A stretch of 63,679 bases of DNA, the filler included, from Sphaeroforma arctica JP610 (Eukaryota), in the NCBI RefSeq assembly GCF_001186125.1. It is 5 parts of 2 records of this genome, joined end to end, with 100 filler letters (N's around TTAATTAATTAA, not from the genome) between each part and the next. Parts side by side here need not be neighbours in the genome. Positions count along the whole stretch, not along the records: positions 21,606 to 32,290 come from NW_014040551.1; positions 32,391 to 45,177 come from NW_014040551.1; 3 more parts are not named here. One strand, written 5' to 3'. The position numbers and the translations under genes are program-made. The first letter of the stretch is position 1. Every line of letters begins with the position of its first letter. Shown here in pieces: positions 28,001 through 40,600 of this stretch. The notes beneath the pieces are model-generated. The model made no database searches. It was given only the letters and a program-made list of their open reading frames with translations, and was not told the origin of the DNA.

Positions 28001-28242
28001 GAGCCTTCTCATTTTCTTCTGGATCTTTACGTATTGATTGTGATGATAATAGTCTTTCTGTTCATAGCCTACCTTTGCTTGAAATATTTCGTCAGGTAAG
28101 TATCCTTGTTGCTTTTCGCTCAAACTAAGCAGTTTAATTCGTTAAGATTTGGGTTTTAAACTAAGATTTAGATAAGGTTTGGTTTTTTAAAATGTTCATC
28201 ATACGCTACGGGAATTCTCACATTCACAGACAAAATCGATGA
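22094..28242 (+). CDS. ABCG half-transporter with N-terminal Cys-rich/EGF-like domain (yeast Adp1-type), 5' end not found
   Basis: EGF-like exon [16 protein letters not shown]...[23 protein letters not shown]...[10 protein letters not shown] matches Adp1 (GPGDFSCD...LKCESGECVH); one TM helix; Walker A GPSGAGKST, signature ISGGEKRRVSIG, Walker [15 protein letters not shown]-loop TIHQPRS; ABC2 membrane domain ([14 protein letters not shown]); ends LKYFVRQNR* at 28242. Confidence 0.92.
23427..23530. repeat. 21-bp tandem repeat (ggcttgtgcaatattaaatat) x5
   Basis: Directly after the donor at ~23423, in an ABCG intron. Confidence 0.8.
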
Positions 28243-28574
28243 TGTGGTTCAGCCGAAAACCTATTAGATGGACGGAATGGGTTTGGCAATCTTAGTTTTG
28301 CACCAAATTCAGAGCTCACGCAATCAAATGGTACACCGTCATGTCGTCATGAACAGCATAAATGAAGCTCTTATTGGTATTAGTATTTAGATGGTTTATA
28401 ATTCAGCTACTAGAAAACTAAAACCACGTCGTGGTCTACAAACAGAGCACGGCTCAATAGTACTAATGTCCGGCCTCTGGCTTGCCACTGCACCGGGTAG
28501 TTCATATAGTCGTATGTTAAGAGTGTGGTAGAGCGAGCTTACAGTTTTGGAAACGGCGACCTGAGATGACCAGC

Positions 28575-31500
28575 TCAAGGTAGCTTTTGCAGTTTATGCT
28601 CTGTGTAGTGCTTGTCCAAAGCGCTGAATACTGTGTCGATTGCCACTACTAAACGGGGCAGGGACTCCCGTGCTGAAGGACAACGAAAACATAAGCAATG
28701 AGTGGAGCGGCCACCGATAAACACACACAGATTTCCAAGCACAGCAATCGAGAATTCGCAATTAAACAAGCGAGAGATCGCATCTGCGTTATGATATAAT
28801 AAAGGAATACTTTCGAGCACATTAAACGGTATCAACGCCAGATATTGGCTGAGCTAGCTATTCAATACAAACAATTGATGCATAATGAACAGAAACCCCT
28901 CGATACTCGAACCCCACTCAGTCAGCGCATCGTACCTTCGTCCTCCGTCATTTTCATGTTCTTCAACAAGGTGTGTCGTGATGGAATAGCGTAGACTGCG
29001 ACGCCCACAGCCTTCTTAATCATCCACGAGTGGAATCGCATGAGTGTCTCAGAATACGCATCATACGCATTAGACGACATGGATGCCTTTTCCCGTTCCA
29101 TGATGTATTTGATCAACAGCATCACAAATTCTGGCAATAGAGAGGAAGTGGACAAAGTGTGCATTGGATACGATGAACTCATGCCGTCAAAAGATGGCTA
29201 TTTAAAACACAACAAAAATGGATTGTATGGCGAATTGGCATCCTGATGTCTGTGCCTATCTTTGGAGTAGGCATGCAGTGTAGTGTGCCTAAAAAGCAAA
29301 AACGACATACGAGATGCCCTGTTGAGTCGCAGAAGTGTTCTAGCACCGTTGTACTTGACGTCCTTATCGAACATGTCATTGTCTTCTTCCCATTGCATCA
29401 TTCCCTGTGTATTGAATCGTGCACTCAGACTTGAGCTTTAGTTTTAAAACGATAGTACAAGCATCACACAATAACCGCGAGTGCACACCGATCACGAGAC
29501 CTTCTATAACGATGACTCAGTCGCTGGATCGTACAGATAAATTATACATATCATGTGCCCACTATACAATCTGCAACATAAAGGTCTTGCAACAGGACCT
29601 TAATACCAGGGGCTCGGTCTCTCGATCGTACAGTTATAAATTATACTTCATATCATGTGCCCACTATACAATCTGCAATATACATGTCTTGCAACAGGAC
29701 CTTAATACTGGTGACTCAGTCTCTCGATCGTACAGATATAAATTATGCTTCAAATCAGGTGTCCACTATACAATCTGCAACATATACGTCTTGCAACAGT
29801 ACATTAATACCGGTGACTCAGTCTCTCGATCGTACAGTTATAAATTATGCTTCAAATCAGGTGTCCACTATACAATTTGCAACATATACGTCTTGCAACA
29901 GGACATTAATACCGGTGACTCAGTCTCTCGATCGTATAGTTATAAATTATGCTTCAAATCAGGTGTCCACTATACACAATATGCACGTCTTGCAACAGGA
30001 CCTTAATACCGGCGACTCAGTCTCCCAATCGTACAGTTAGAAACTATACTTCAAATCAAGTGTCCACAATCTGCAATATACACGTCTTGCAACAGGACCT
30101 TAATACCGGTGACTCAGTCTCTCAATCGTACAGCTATAAATAATATTTCAAATCAGGTGACCACTATACACAACATGCATGCCTTGCAACAGGACAGTAA
30201 TACCGGTGACTCAGTCTCTCAATCGTACAGTTAAAAATAATACTTCAAATCAGATGTCCACTATACACAACATGCATGCCTTGCAACAGGACCGTAATAC
30301 CGGTGACTCAGTCTCTCAATCGTACAGCTGTATATAATACTTCAAATCAGGTGTCCACTATAGACTTTAATACCGGTGACTCAGTCTCTCGACCGTACAG
30401 TTATCAATTATACTTCAAATCAAGTGTCCACTATACAATCTGCAATATACACGTCTTGCAACCTTCCTTCTCGGTTGCACATTTCCTATTGATGTTTTCA
30501 CATGTGATAGATACTGCACTTTCTCTTACGTGGAGAAGCGGTACCCATGATACGGTGCCCTTATGTCAGCAAAGGAAGTGAGCGGGGCAGTCTCTATGTG
30601 TCAATCACAATAAGCATGCGTACGATGAGTATTTGTATCCACTCATGTCCACATGCAAAACAACGAAGACATGCATATTCACCGAATGACCCGACTAATA
30701 CCTGCACCTCGGCTTCTGCAGTATAAGCAAGCCCTATGGTTTGTTCACGCAACACTCTCGCGGGTCATCAGATTGCAAAAACTGTAACACTCAACTTGCA
30801 CTGATACTCTATGCTTGACAACTACATGTAGGAGGTGCAAATGACTGCTGCATACCTGTAAGTTGTCAATGCCGTTCGGCAAATCCCTCTCAGTGCGGTG
30901 TTTCTCTAATAGTATCAACTTCTGTGACACGTCTGATGTAACGAAGCCAAAGCCCTGTTGTCGGCGAGCATATAACCGAAATTATCAGTTCTTGCACATT
31001 CGCCCTTCGGACCAAAGCTGAACGAAGATGACACATAAGTAGGTTTCACCTACGCAGCAATCGTGTGACTCACTAGAGCTGGACGAATGTGACGAATGTG
31101 ATAGATAAATGGATTGCTTATATAGGCCACTAGTTTCACTCAGAGCAGAGAAGGACACTGAGCAACACGGGATAATTGGACAAACGTACATACCGATCCA
31201 CAGATGTTAAAAAAGTTGCACATCTCCTTAATCGCGGCGATGTACTCTTTCGTTAGGCATACTGCAGGTCTGCTGCCGTCTTTGGGAACAGCCTCAAAGG
31301 CCTTGATAGTCTGGAGATCAGCGAGAGTGGAACAAGGTATATCAAATTAGCGACAAGAGAAACTGTAAAAGAAAGAATTCGCTTGCATGGGTGTGGGAAT
31401 AAAATTCCCTACCAGTTGTCATGAGAGCCCCGCAGAAGGTGTGCACACAATTGCAAGTCTAAGATGGTCTTATCTTCGTAGGAAACCCCCCGGCGGTGAT

Positions 31501-31866
31501 ACTGTAAACCATACTCGTAAGACATTGTGAAAAGTATAGCAGGAATGTGGAGAGGCAACCGCAACTATCCCTGGAAGCAAAATTCGATGTCGTGAGACAC
31601 AGTGGACAGCCGCCTTGAGCTGAAGAGCGAAGATCCAAGGACACTACCATAGAATGTAAATCACAAGCATCTGTAGAAATCCCAGCGTTATTTAATTGTT
31701 TGAAGCGTGAGACTAGTTTCTTCTCAAGTGATGCGTTCGCATAGTGACTACTAAGTCAGTTCTGTCGAACAGAAACTCAACGAAGAATCCATGACAATGG
31801 ATCGACAATGGCGCATACCTTCTCGACGTCGAATTCTTCGGTACCAATCTCCTGTGTTTTCGCCAT
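28575..31866 (-). CDS. CPTP: GLTP-fold ceramide-1-phosphate transfer protein (CPTP/GLTPD1/ACD11-like), complete, 6 exons
   Basis: Exons 31866-31819, 31310-~31194, ~30955-30857, ~29404-29311, ~29131-28936, ~28672-28575. Spliced protein MAKTQEIGTEEFDVEK...GFGFVTSDVSQKL...NGARTLLRLNRASQF...AYSETLMRFHSWMIKKAVGVAVYAIPSR...YTEHKLQKLP*. D-x3-K, R-x3-R-x2-R and FH/YH residues match the CPTP/ACD11 headgroup site. Confidence 0.85.
29510..30462. repeat. ~102-bp intronic minisatellite (9-10 copies)
   Basis: gtgactcagtctctcgatcgtacag...gtcttgcaacaggaccttaatacc recurs at 29711, 29813 and 29915 (period 102); later copies are shorter. Confidence 0.9.
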
Positions 31867-32290
31867 TATGATGAACCTTACTTGGACAGCGATGTAGTGT
31901 GTGCAGTGGCAGTATATGACTCTATGTCGTTCGTGATCTAGTCTTGACCAAATATTATACTCAATATTTATACACCGTCATTATGCGAGTATGTAAATAT
32001 CAGACTATGTATCGGTATCAACCTGAATCACTGAATCAGGGATATACTAAAAATAAATATAAATAAATATAGAAAGATAAGACTGAATTTACTCTCGATA
32101 TAGTGGTCGTCGCATGTGTAAAATAGCTAAGCTCAGTTTTCATTGGATACTGCCTAACGCCCCACAGATAATTCAATCGATCTCCGTCTTTCGATTTATC
32201 ATATCAGCGAACGCAATACTGAATACACTGATGACAGTGATTACCGATTACACACAAATTTGTATCAATGCGTCAGTGCAGCAATACAGC

Positions 32291-32390
32291 NNNNNNNNNN
32301 NNNNNNNNNNNNNNNNNNNNNNNNNNNNNNNNNNTTAATTAATTAANNNNNNNNNNNNNNNNNNNNNNNNNNNNNNNNNNNNNNNNNNNN
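32291..32390. other. Artificial scaffold-join spacer
   Basis: N44-TTAATTAATTAA-N44. Confidence 0.97.
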
Positions 32391-32493
32391 TGTGTGTGTG
32401 TGTGTGTGTGTGTGTGTCTGTGTGTGTATGCGTGTGTGTGTATATTTATATATATATATTTATATTTATATATATATATATATATATATATGC

Positions 32494-32548
<55 letters not shown>

Positions 32549-32549
32549 G

Positions 32550-32580
<31 letters not shown>

Positions 32581-32687
32581 GTGTATGTATATATGTATAC
32601 ATGTATGTATATATGTATGTATGTATGTATGTATACACGTACGTATGAATGTATGTATGTATGTATGTATGTATGTATGTGTGTATG

Positions 32688-32718
<31 letters not shown>

Positions 32719-32840
32719 GTAAGTATGTATGTATGTATTTATTTATTCATGTATGTATGTATGTATGTATGTATGTATCTATCTATCTATCTATGTATCT
32801 ATGCATACATGCATGCGTGTATGTATGTATGTATGTATGT
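32391..32840. repeat. (TG)n/(TA)n/(TATG)n compound microsatellite
   Basis: Seen directly. Similar tracts lie at 1-60, 650-770, 9630-9760, 15050-15310, 21360-21770, 34028-34990, 60503-61100 and 63287-63679, and flank most N gaps. Confidence 0.95.
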
Positions 32841-32902
32841 TTTCAAAATACAAGGGATCGAACATCGCATCACAAAAGAGTAGAAAGTACAATTGAACTT
32901 AC

Positions 32903-32978
32903 CTGAGTTGATAGCTTCTATGTAGCTGTGACCTGTTGTGTCAACCAACTCTGGACAATCATCTTCGAAATCGCTCAT
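32903..32978 (-). CDS. ZNG1: Probable first coding exon of ZNG1/CBWD (COG0523 zinc metallochaperone GTPase)
   Basis: ATG at 32978 gives MSDFEDDCPELVDTTGHSYIEAINS-G followed by a perfect CAG|gtaagt donor. Acidic-CPELV is the N-terminal METAP1-docking motif of ZNG1 (human EEDCPELVP). The rest of the gene is lost at the scaffold end. Confidence 0.6.
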
Positions 32979-33507
32979 TGTCTAATGTTTAATTGTAACT
33001 GTACTTGCTGACTTAATAAGGATATCAATTTATAGCTAGAGAATACAAGGTATGTATTTGAAATATTCAATTATGTGCATGTATATAGGCGAATCGCATG
33101 AATGAAGTATAAGCATCATCACACATATAAATATTTTGTAAATATTTAAATAACTTTTACACATGCGATGAACCACCCTCCTCTACTCTCTAGTAGTCTT
33201 ATTATAATGCAGAAACCCCGAGAACTGGAACAACCTTAATATTGTTATGTTTTGTGTTGGCTACTATATATGAAAATAGACCCTACAAATTTTGGCGGGA
33301 AAAAGGTGGCAATTTCCAAAATTACAAAAACAAACCTCAAATAGAGGTAGCCATAAGCCAATGAAGCAGACAGCAGTTGTGAAATCAGAAATAAACAGTA
33401 TCCTCCTCTGAGGCTCTGGGCCCATTAATCTAATGTAAACACATGTCCAGAAACCAAAGTACACAAACCTGTCTCTTGTTTGACATCCGCACATATTCCC
33501 AACAGCC

Positions 33508-34076
33508 ATGGATGAGTATATCGATAGTCTCACTCAATATTTAGAGGCCGAGAATGGCCAAGGGCTGGCGTATTCGCTCTCATGCAATGGTCGGCATACA
33601 AAAAATGTTCGCAGAGACGCTTTGAAAACTATCTACTGGGAACGACAGATTAAGGATAACTTCAGTGAGTGGGCGGATGACTACATCCCACTTTTCATAA
33701 GCCATGTCAAGAGCCTTCTAGCGAATAATCCAAAGGATCGCTTTGATCAAGTATGTTTCTTTTCAGATATATCCCGCCTTTCACTCAGCTTTCGGTTTGG
33801 ACTGTATTTCCTTATGTTAGCGTCACTCATAGTTGAATCTCTAGTCTCGAGGGGTCGTTACTTATGTATATACAGGATGTATCTATTCAATGCTATACGT
33901 TCTATGCCTTGTTCAGACCAGCTGTGACCCATAGCGTATGCCCATTTAAACATATACAAACGTATTAATATTTATGTGTATACCAATATAGTCGCACACA
34001 TAGACGCACATCTGAACACGAAGTCAATATATATATATATATATATTATGTCTGTGTGTGTGTGTGCGTGTGTATG

Positions 34077-34109
<33 letters not shown>

Positions 34110-34182
34110 ATTGTTTATGCGTGTGTGCGTGTGTGTATATATATATTATTTTATTATATTATATATGTGTATGTGTGTGCGT

Positions 34183-34237
<55 letters not shown>

Positions 34238-34248
34238 CTATACATATA

Positions 34249-34284
<36 letters not shown>

Positions 34285-34899
34285 CTAGATAGATTGCTAT
34301 TGATACAGATTTACATCTGTANNNNNNNNNNNNNNNNNNNNNNNNNNNNNNNNNNNNNNNNNNNNNNNNNNNNNNNNNNNNNNNNNNNNNNNNNNNNNNN
34401 NNNNNNNNNNNNNNNNNNNNNNNNNNNNNNNNNNNNNNNNNNNNNNNNNNNNNNNNNNNNNNNNNNNNNNNNNNNNNNNNNNNNNNNNNNNNNNNNNNNN
34501 NNNNNNNNNNNNNNNNNNNNNNNNNNNNNNNNNNNNNNNNNNNNNNNNNNNNNNNNNNNNNNNNNNNNNNNNNNNNNNNNNNNNNNNNNNNNNNNNNNNN
34601 NNNNNNNNNNNNNNNNNNNNNNNNNNNNNNNNNNNNNNNNNNNNNNNNNNNNNNNNNNNNNNNNNNNNNNNNNNNNNNNNNNNNNNNNNNNNNNNNNNNN
34701 NNNNNNNNNNNNNNNNNNNNNNNNNNNNNNNNNNNNNNNNNNNNNNNNNNNNNNNNNNNNNNNNNNNNNNNNNNNNNNNNNNNNNNNNNNNNNNNNNNNN
34801 NNNNNNNNNNNNNNNNNNNNNNNNNNNNNNNNNNNNNNNNNNNNNNNNNNNNNNNNNNNNNNNNNNNNNNNNNNNNNNNNNNNNNNNNNNNNGTATGTG

Positions 34900-34938
<39 letters not shown>

Positions 34939-37895
34939 ATTCTTGTGTATTCTTGTGCGTGTGTGTGTTTGTGTGTGTGCTATTATATTTATATGTGATT
35001 GGGGTGTGTGATCCACGCATAGGTTCGATCTTTCTATAGAGTGAGACGTGCACGTCTACGTGGTTTTGTGTACGTATTCTTTTGCGTGTTTGGAGCATTC
35101 TGTAACGGCGTCCACGGTTGATATTATCTTCGATCGAATAGTTATCGAATAGTTATCGTATTCGACTTTTAATCGAGTATTTTCAAGCGTGTAATTTTAT
35201 TTGTTCTCTAACCTCAATATTAGTATTCGCGCGAGTATCTAAACCATTTTTGCCCATTTGTAGGTCGAATTTGATGATCATAAGGAAATAACTATCGGGC
35301 TATAATTGTCCAGAGGCTTGAAAAGGCGTAAGCATGCTCTCAACTAGCTCTGTGTGTATTTCAAATATCCACTTTTTGTTGTAAATATTCGTGACGGGAT
35401 TTCTTCCCCAGAAAGTGTTTATAATCGATGTAGTTGCGGCGCCTGGATGAATGTGTGTATGAGATTAACCACTGTGAAATGCCTATGGATAATTATGGGG
35501 GTTTTGGGCTCAACGTGGGTATGTGCGTTCAGCGTTTCTACGCATTTGCGTACGTATATGCATGTCGTATCCCCAGTTGGACACAGTGCACATCAAATCT
35601 AAGACAATCCGGTCATCCACACAGTAGTTTATGGCAGCCTCCCGAAACTCTGCTAGCCGTGCGCATGACAGAATTTAAAATAACATCTTTTTTTTTGGCT
35701 CGCGTCACCAGGAGTACGACCTCTGCAATGCCTTTCTACAAATATTTAGCCAAAACGAGGCTGTCGGGTGGGCTAATCCGGCCCTGGGATTGGTGAGTGT
35801 TAGTGTGCTCGTTTGGCCATGCACTTCTGTGTGTCTGAGCCTGGGCTTCAATGTGTTCATGTATTGTAATTTGCCCCCAAGTTAGCACTTTTTACCCATT
35901 GTGACTTTTCCTTGTTCCAATTCTTTATCTATACTATCAATTTGGTGTCGGAGCTGGTACCTGCCCTCTATGTGCTTGATGTGGTCGTTATTTAAATTGA
36001 ACGATTGACTGTATTAGATGCACGCCATTTTTTTTAACTCTTGGAAAGTTTTTTCATTAAGTAACATCATTTCCCGGTGTATACCAGGTTTTGAAAGACT
36101 TGCGTGTTCTCGCAGACCAAGCAGACATGGGAACCTCTGGAAAAAACGAGTATAAGGAGAAGTCTGGTAGGCTAATGATGAAGCTGCTTGCACCGGCTTG
36201 TATGGATAAAGACGAATCAGAGAATTCGCGGCGTTGGGCATCATTGTCTGTTGCCAACAATCTATTCAAGCTGTTCTCCAAGCTCAATCTGAGCATGTGC
36301 GACCAAACACGGGCGACGATATATAATAACTTTAACGATGCTTATATAAATGAAAGGTTTCCTATATCGCACGTAACGACCTTCCGATATCTTGTGGTAT
36401 GTAACGCAGCCCTATGTACTCGTATTCTTGCCCTGCGCTCTTGTGTTGGCTATTAAGATGGTTTATTACGAATTGAATGTTGTTTAGTATATAGTACGGC
36501 AAACAATCTCTATTGAGATGAGCTATAAGAATATGATTGCGGACGATGATAGCAATTTCTCGAGTGTTTGGTGGGCGCGAGCTGCTGCGTTGCGTTCTAA
36601 CTCCTTGCTCATCTGGATGAGACGGTTTTCATTCGCTAGCAAATTTCTTGTACGCAATCATATTCAAATATGCTCGTATTGTTTGTCGATACTCCTAACA
36701 GGGCTACCAACATTTCTTCAAAGGCAACTATGATGAGGCCCGCATCCAGTTTGGATATGCATTCGATTTCTGCTCTCGACAGTTCCCGAAAAATATACAA
36801 CTTATACTTCTGTATTTGATTCCCTTGAATCTGCTAAAGGTAATTATCTCATTTTTTGCATGGCAGAGAATCAATGTGAAAGTTTGACCTCTAGACCGGA
36901 AATTTATGCACGCTTGATTGTATATTCAACGCCAGACACCTACTCAGGAGAAGCTTGCAGGGAAACCGAATACACTTTGCCTACCGTGGGTGCCCCACGC
37001 GGACTCTTGTGCTTTAGTCTCTGCAGGAGCTGACTTTTGTTTGCGCATCTAAAACATTATCATATGGTATGCGGTATGTTGAAGTCCCATCAGATCAGTC
37101 GCTTGATCCAAATGAAATCTGGGAGCTTATGTCATCTGACTTCATTGAATACCATTTACAGGGCATAACACCTACAGAAGGTCTACTGAAGCTCTACAAG
37201 TTGGATCAATACAAAAGTATTGTTCATGCATTGAAAGCAGGCGATGTCAGGGCGTTTAACATGGCGCTCAAGGATCAAGAATCCTTTTTAGAAAAAAGGG
37301 GCTTGTTCTTATTGATGGAGAGGCTCAAGACCGTCGCGTACCGCAACCTTCTCCGAAAAGTGTAGGTAAACTATTTCTTGGTTGCTCCGAGCGGAAGTCC
37401 ATTGTGCAATTTAACCCTCGTACTAACCTTCTCATCTCACGCTCTTTTGAAATTAGCATAAGTGTTGATAAGCAATTTTTATTCGTGATCGATCAGGTGG
37501 TTGATTAAGCTCAAGGAGTGTCAGCTGGCAGGTACCCCTTTCAACGGCCGGATCAGGCTGGAAGATTTCAGAGTTGCCCTTCAATTCGTACATTATAAGT
37601 GTTCCCTTGAAGAAGTGGAATGTATCGTAGCTGTTCTTGTTTTCAAGGTGTGTTACTACTTACTTACCATATTTACTGTCAAGATGGTATAATGGCAAGC
37701 TAGTATACCTTCATTGTCTTTTGCGAGTATAACTTTTTTTTGGGGGGGGTATATCCTCTCAACACAACTCGACCATCATTCTCGATTTTGCAGAAATTTG
37801 TGAAGGGTTACATATCCCACGGTCACAAATTGCTGGTCGTCAGTAGGAAAGCAGAAGATGTTACATTTCCTCCGATCAACGATTGCGACTCCTAG
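33508..37895 (+). CDS. PCID2: PCI domain-containing protein 2 (PCID2/CSN12/Thp1), complete, 7 exons
   Basis: Exons 33508-33750, 35712-35792, 36088-36396, 36702-36839, 37162-~37361, 37497-37647, 37794-37895. Motifs ANNLFKLFSKLN, FPISHVTTFRYLVG, NIQLILLYLIPLNLLKG, GLFLLMERLKTVAYRNLLRKV, EVECIVAVL, KGYISHGHKLLVVS...FP. Confidence 0.92.
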
Positions 37896-39759
37896 TATGG
37901 GTACGAATCGCCATTGTGCAGTTTAGGATAGAGGGCAAAGCGACAAGGCTGACAACGAGAACAACGCTTGGACAAACGGGATACGTTCGTCGTTCGGAGA
38001 ACATCGCAATCGCTTGCATATGGTAGCTACCTATGCTTTATTTATTCAATGTTTTTGAGTTGGGAGCAAATTCGCGATGTGAAAGCAGATAAGTCAGATG
38101 AGAGGTTTTGACGTGTAGTTGTAATAGAATGGAAGCTTTTATCGATTTTCTGATGTTTTTCACCGACGATTTCGACGCTTCTGATATGCATAGGTTTTGT
38201 CAGGGTGACTGGGCAGCATTGTTGGACATTTTTCAGCTTATACTCTAAATATATGTGAGTTTGCTAAGGTTTAGCATATGTGGTAAAATGCAACTAGTCA
38301 TTATCGCTGTTACAATACGCTGCAATGAGGGCGGAGTACTATACAGAGCCTACTGTGATAATATTCAAACAGCTACTCTAACAGATATGTGATTTTGGTA
38401 GTACCTTATCACACATATCACACACGAGCATTCCTGGAAATATCGTTGTGCTCGAACTGGGCACACACTGAAAACCGCAAGCCTTTGAAAATGGTGAAAT
38501 TGCACTGTATCCGAATTTAAACCCTCATATATATTTTATTATGTGAGGCATCGGCATGATATATACAATATGCATTTGTAAGCTGATTTCGCGGTTGAAC
38601 CTTGCACTCAGTGTATCGTCAGAAAGTGGGTGTTAGGGAATTTCGTAAGGTGTGCGCCAGTTCATGTTGTTACAAGTAATGCGCAACAACCCGGACAGAT
38701 ATCAAAGGAGGGTGCAAGTCACAATTCTAGATCCGTAGTTGTTAGGTGACGAATCCCGAGCCAGCAGCTTCATTGCATCCAAAAGTCTCTGTGACCCCGA
38801 CATGAAACCGTTAACAGCCCAATCCGAGCCCCTTGTCTTGTCTAGGTCGGATTTTTGTTGTCGAATGTAAGGCCGCTGTATCGGACGGGCTTCGGACGAA
38901 AGATACATGTTTATTAATAAAAGTAAAGCTTAAGACAAGAGTCATTCCAATCCCCAGCCTCCGTAAGATATATTACACATGCTTTGTTCTTGTTCGTACC
39001 CATTACTTGCAAATTAGTTGATGCACTACGGTTAACAATTATAGATTGCCGTATAAAATGATATACGTTGCATATCCTACCTGACCCGCTGCAAGCTCTA
39101 TATTAAATATTGAAAACTCAAGCGTACAGCACAGAAACTTGCCGTCGCACTCGGATATATCGTGTCCGATACATATAACTATTTATTAATGTAATTTGGG
39201 ACAGCTAGAATACTTGATCTGGATATTAATGGATTCGGACAAACTCGACAATATCAATTCACATAAAAATAGACATCAGCATGCAAATTCACATTAAACC
39301 CTCTTTTTTAGCACCGCATACATAAACTAAAATTCGAAATCCACATAGTCACAGGAAACAGACAGCCATTCCAAAAGCAAAATACAAGCGTTGTAAGTTT
39401 TGGCCAAATACCGATGCCTATCGGACAAATAAAGTTTTCTGTAGCCCGACAGTAAAGCCACGTACACACGGAGCATTCGGAAAGAAATTTAATAGGAGTC
39501 AAAAACAGTTACTTCGACCAAAAAGTAATGAATTTGACTTTAACAAATAAAGCAACGAGTTGACTTTAGAAAGAGAGCACATCGACTCAATCGATGCGGT
39601 CTCATATTCAACCAATGCTTTACTGGATCCATAAAAATGTATATAGAACGTAATTTATTCTTGACATATTCCGTTTCAACATAGGGGTAACAAAGTAATT
39701 CACAGATTGCAGCAAATCAAAGAAAAAGCAAAACTCTAGTGCTGGGGTCTCATGTAAGC

Positions 39760-40600
39760 GCATGTTGCGTCTATACTTGTCGGTTGCTAGAGCTACCTAT
39801 TGCCAACTCTGGTATCTGGTGAATTGGTCGCATAGCTCGTTTGACTTCGTCTAGCGTAGTTAACTTGCCCTTCGTGATGGAGCTCTTCGATGCCTCCGGT
39901 ACGGAAGGAAACCGTCCATAGGGTTGCTTGCTTGTTCCCTCATGAGTTCGATTCTTACTGCCATCGAACATGGTGGCAAGTTGTATTCAGAGACGTATTT
40001 CCACCTTCGGGATATTCCGCAAATATAGTTCCAGTTGACTAGATGCATACATTGTTAGAGCCGACCTTTTCCCTAGCACCTTCCCGTTCTTTGTTTCTTA
40101 TCTCTTCTTTGCTAAGTCCCCGTAATTTTCATCAGAGCTTGAGGTATCCTGAGCCGCAAGTGTGAAAGAAAATTCATTATTGGAAGCGTCCAGCTTAGCC
40201 TCTTGTGCATTACTCTTGGTAGATGCAGGTCCTGTGCTCGGTGAAGGTACCGCTGACTGGTTAGTAGCTGTTGCGTCTCTGGTAGCATTCGTATTGTTTA
40301 TTAAACAAAAAAAGTGTAACTTTTGTGCAAAAGCTTGATAGATAAGTCGCAATGGAACGGGTGATCTGTACAGACTCAAGTCGCGTGGTAGTATACTCAC
40401 AGGTTTTAGCCGGACCAGAATAGCCCCCCACCTGGTCAACCTCCTATTTCCGAGCCTAAGGGGCCGTCTAGATCTTCACCCAAACTCTGACTACTCTTAC
40501 CCAAACTAAACCCCTGGCTTTATGAGGTATAGATATATAAAAACAAAACCGCTCAAAATACCTGAATACTCGGTTGAATTTAGAAGGTCCTAGACATCAT
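39760..40600 (-). mobile_element. Decayed LTR-retrotransposon 5' part: LTR 3' end, T-tract and gag-like remnant
   Basis: On the minus strand ...CAAAAGTTACA (ends at 40315) is followed by CTTTTTTTGTTT and then a broken low-complexity ORF (NQSAVPSPSTGPASTKSNAQE...; QLATMFDGSK...). LTR 5' boundary not identified. Confidence 0.4.

Noticed and set aside
29419..30581. Repeat-protein ORFs on the + strand
   Set aside because: Produced by a 102-bp (multiple of 3) minisatellite in a CPTP intron; open in several frames.
38876..38910. Hammerhead-like stretch cggacgggcttcggacgaaa
   Set aside because: Core deviates from CUGANGA at two invariant positions, and stems I and III cannot be formed.
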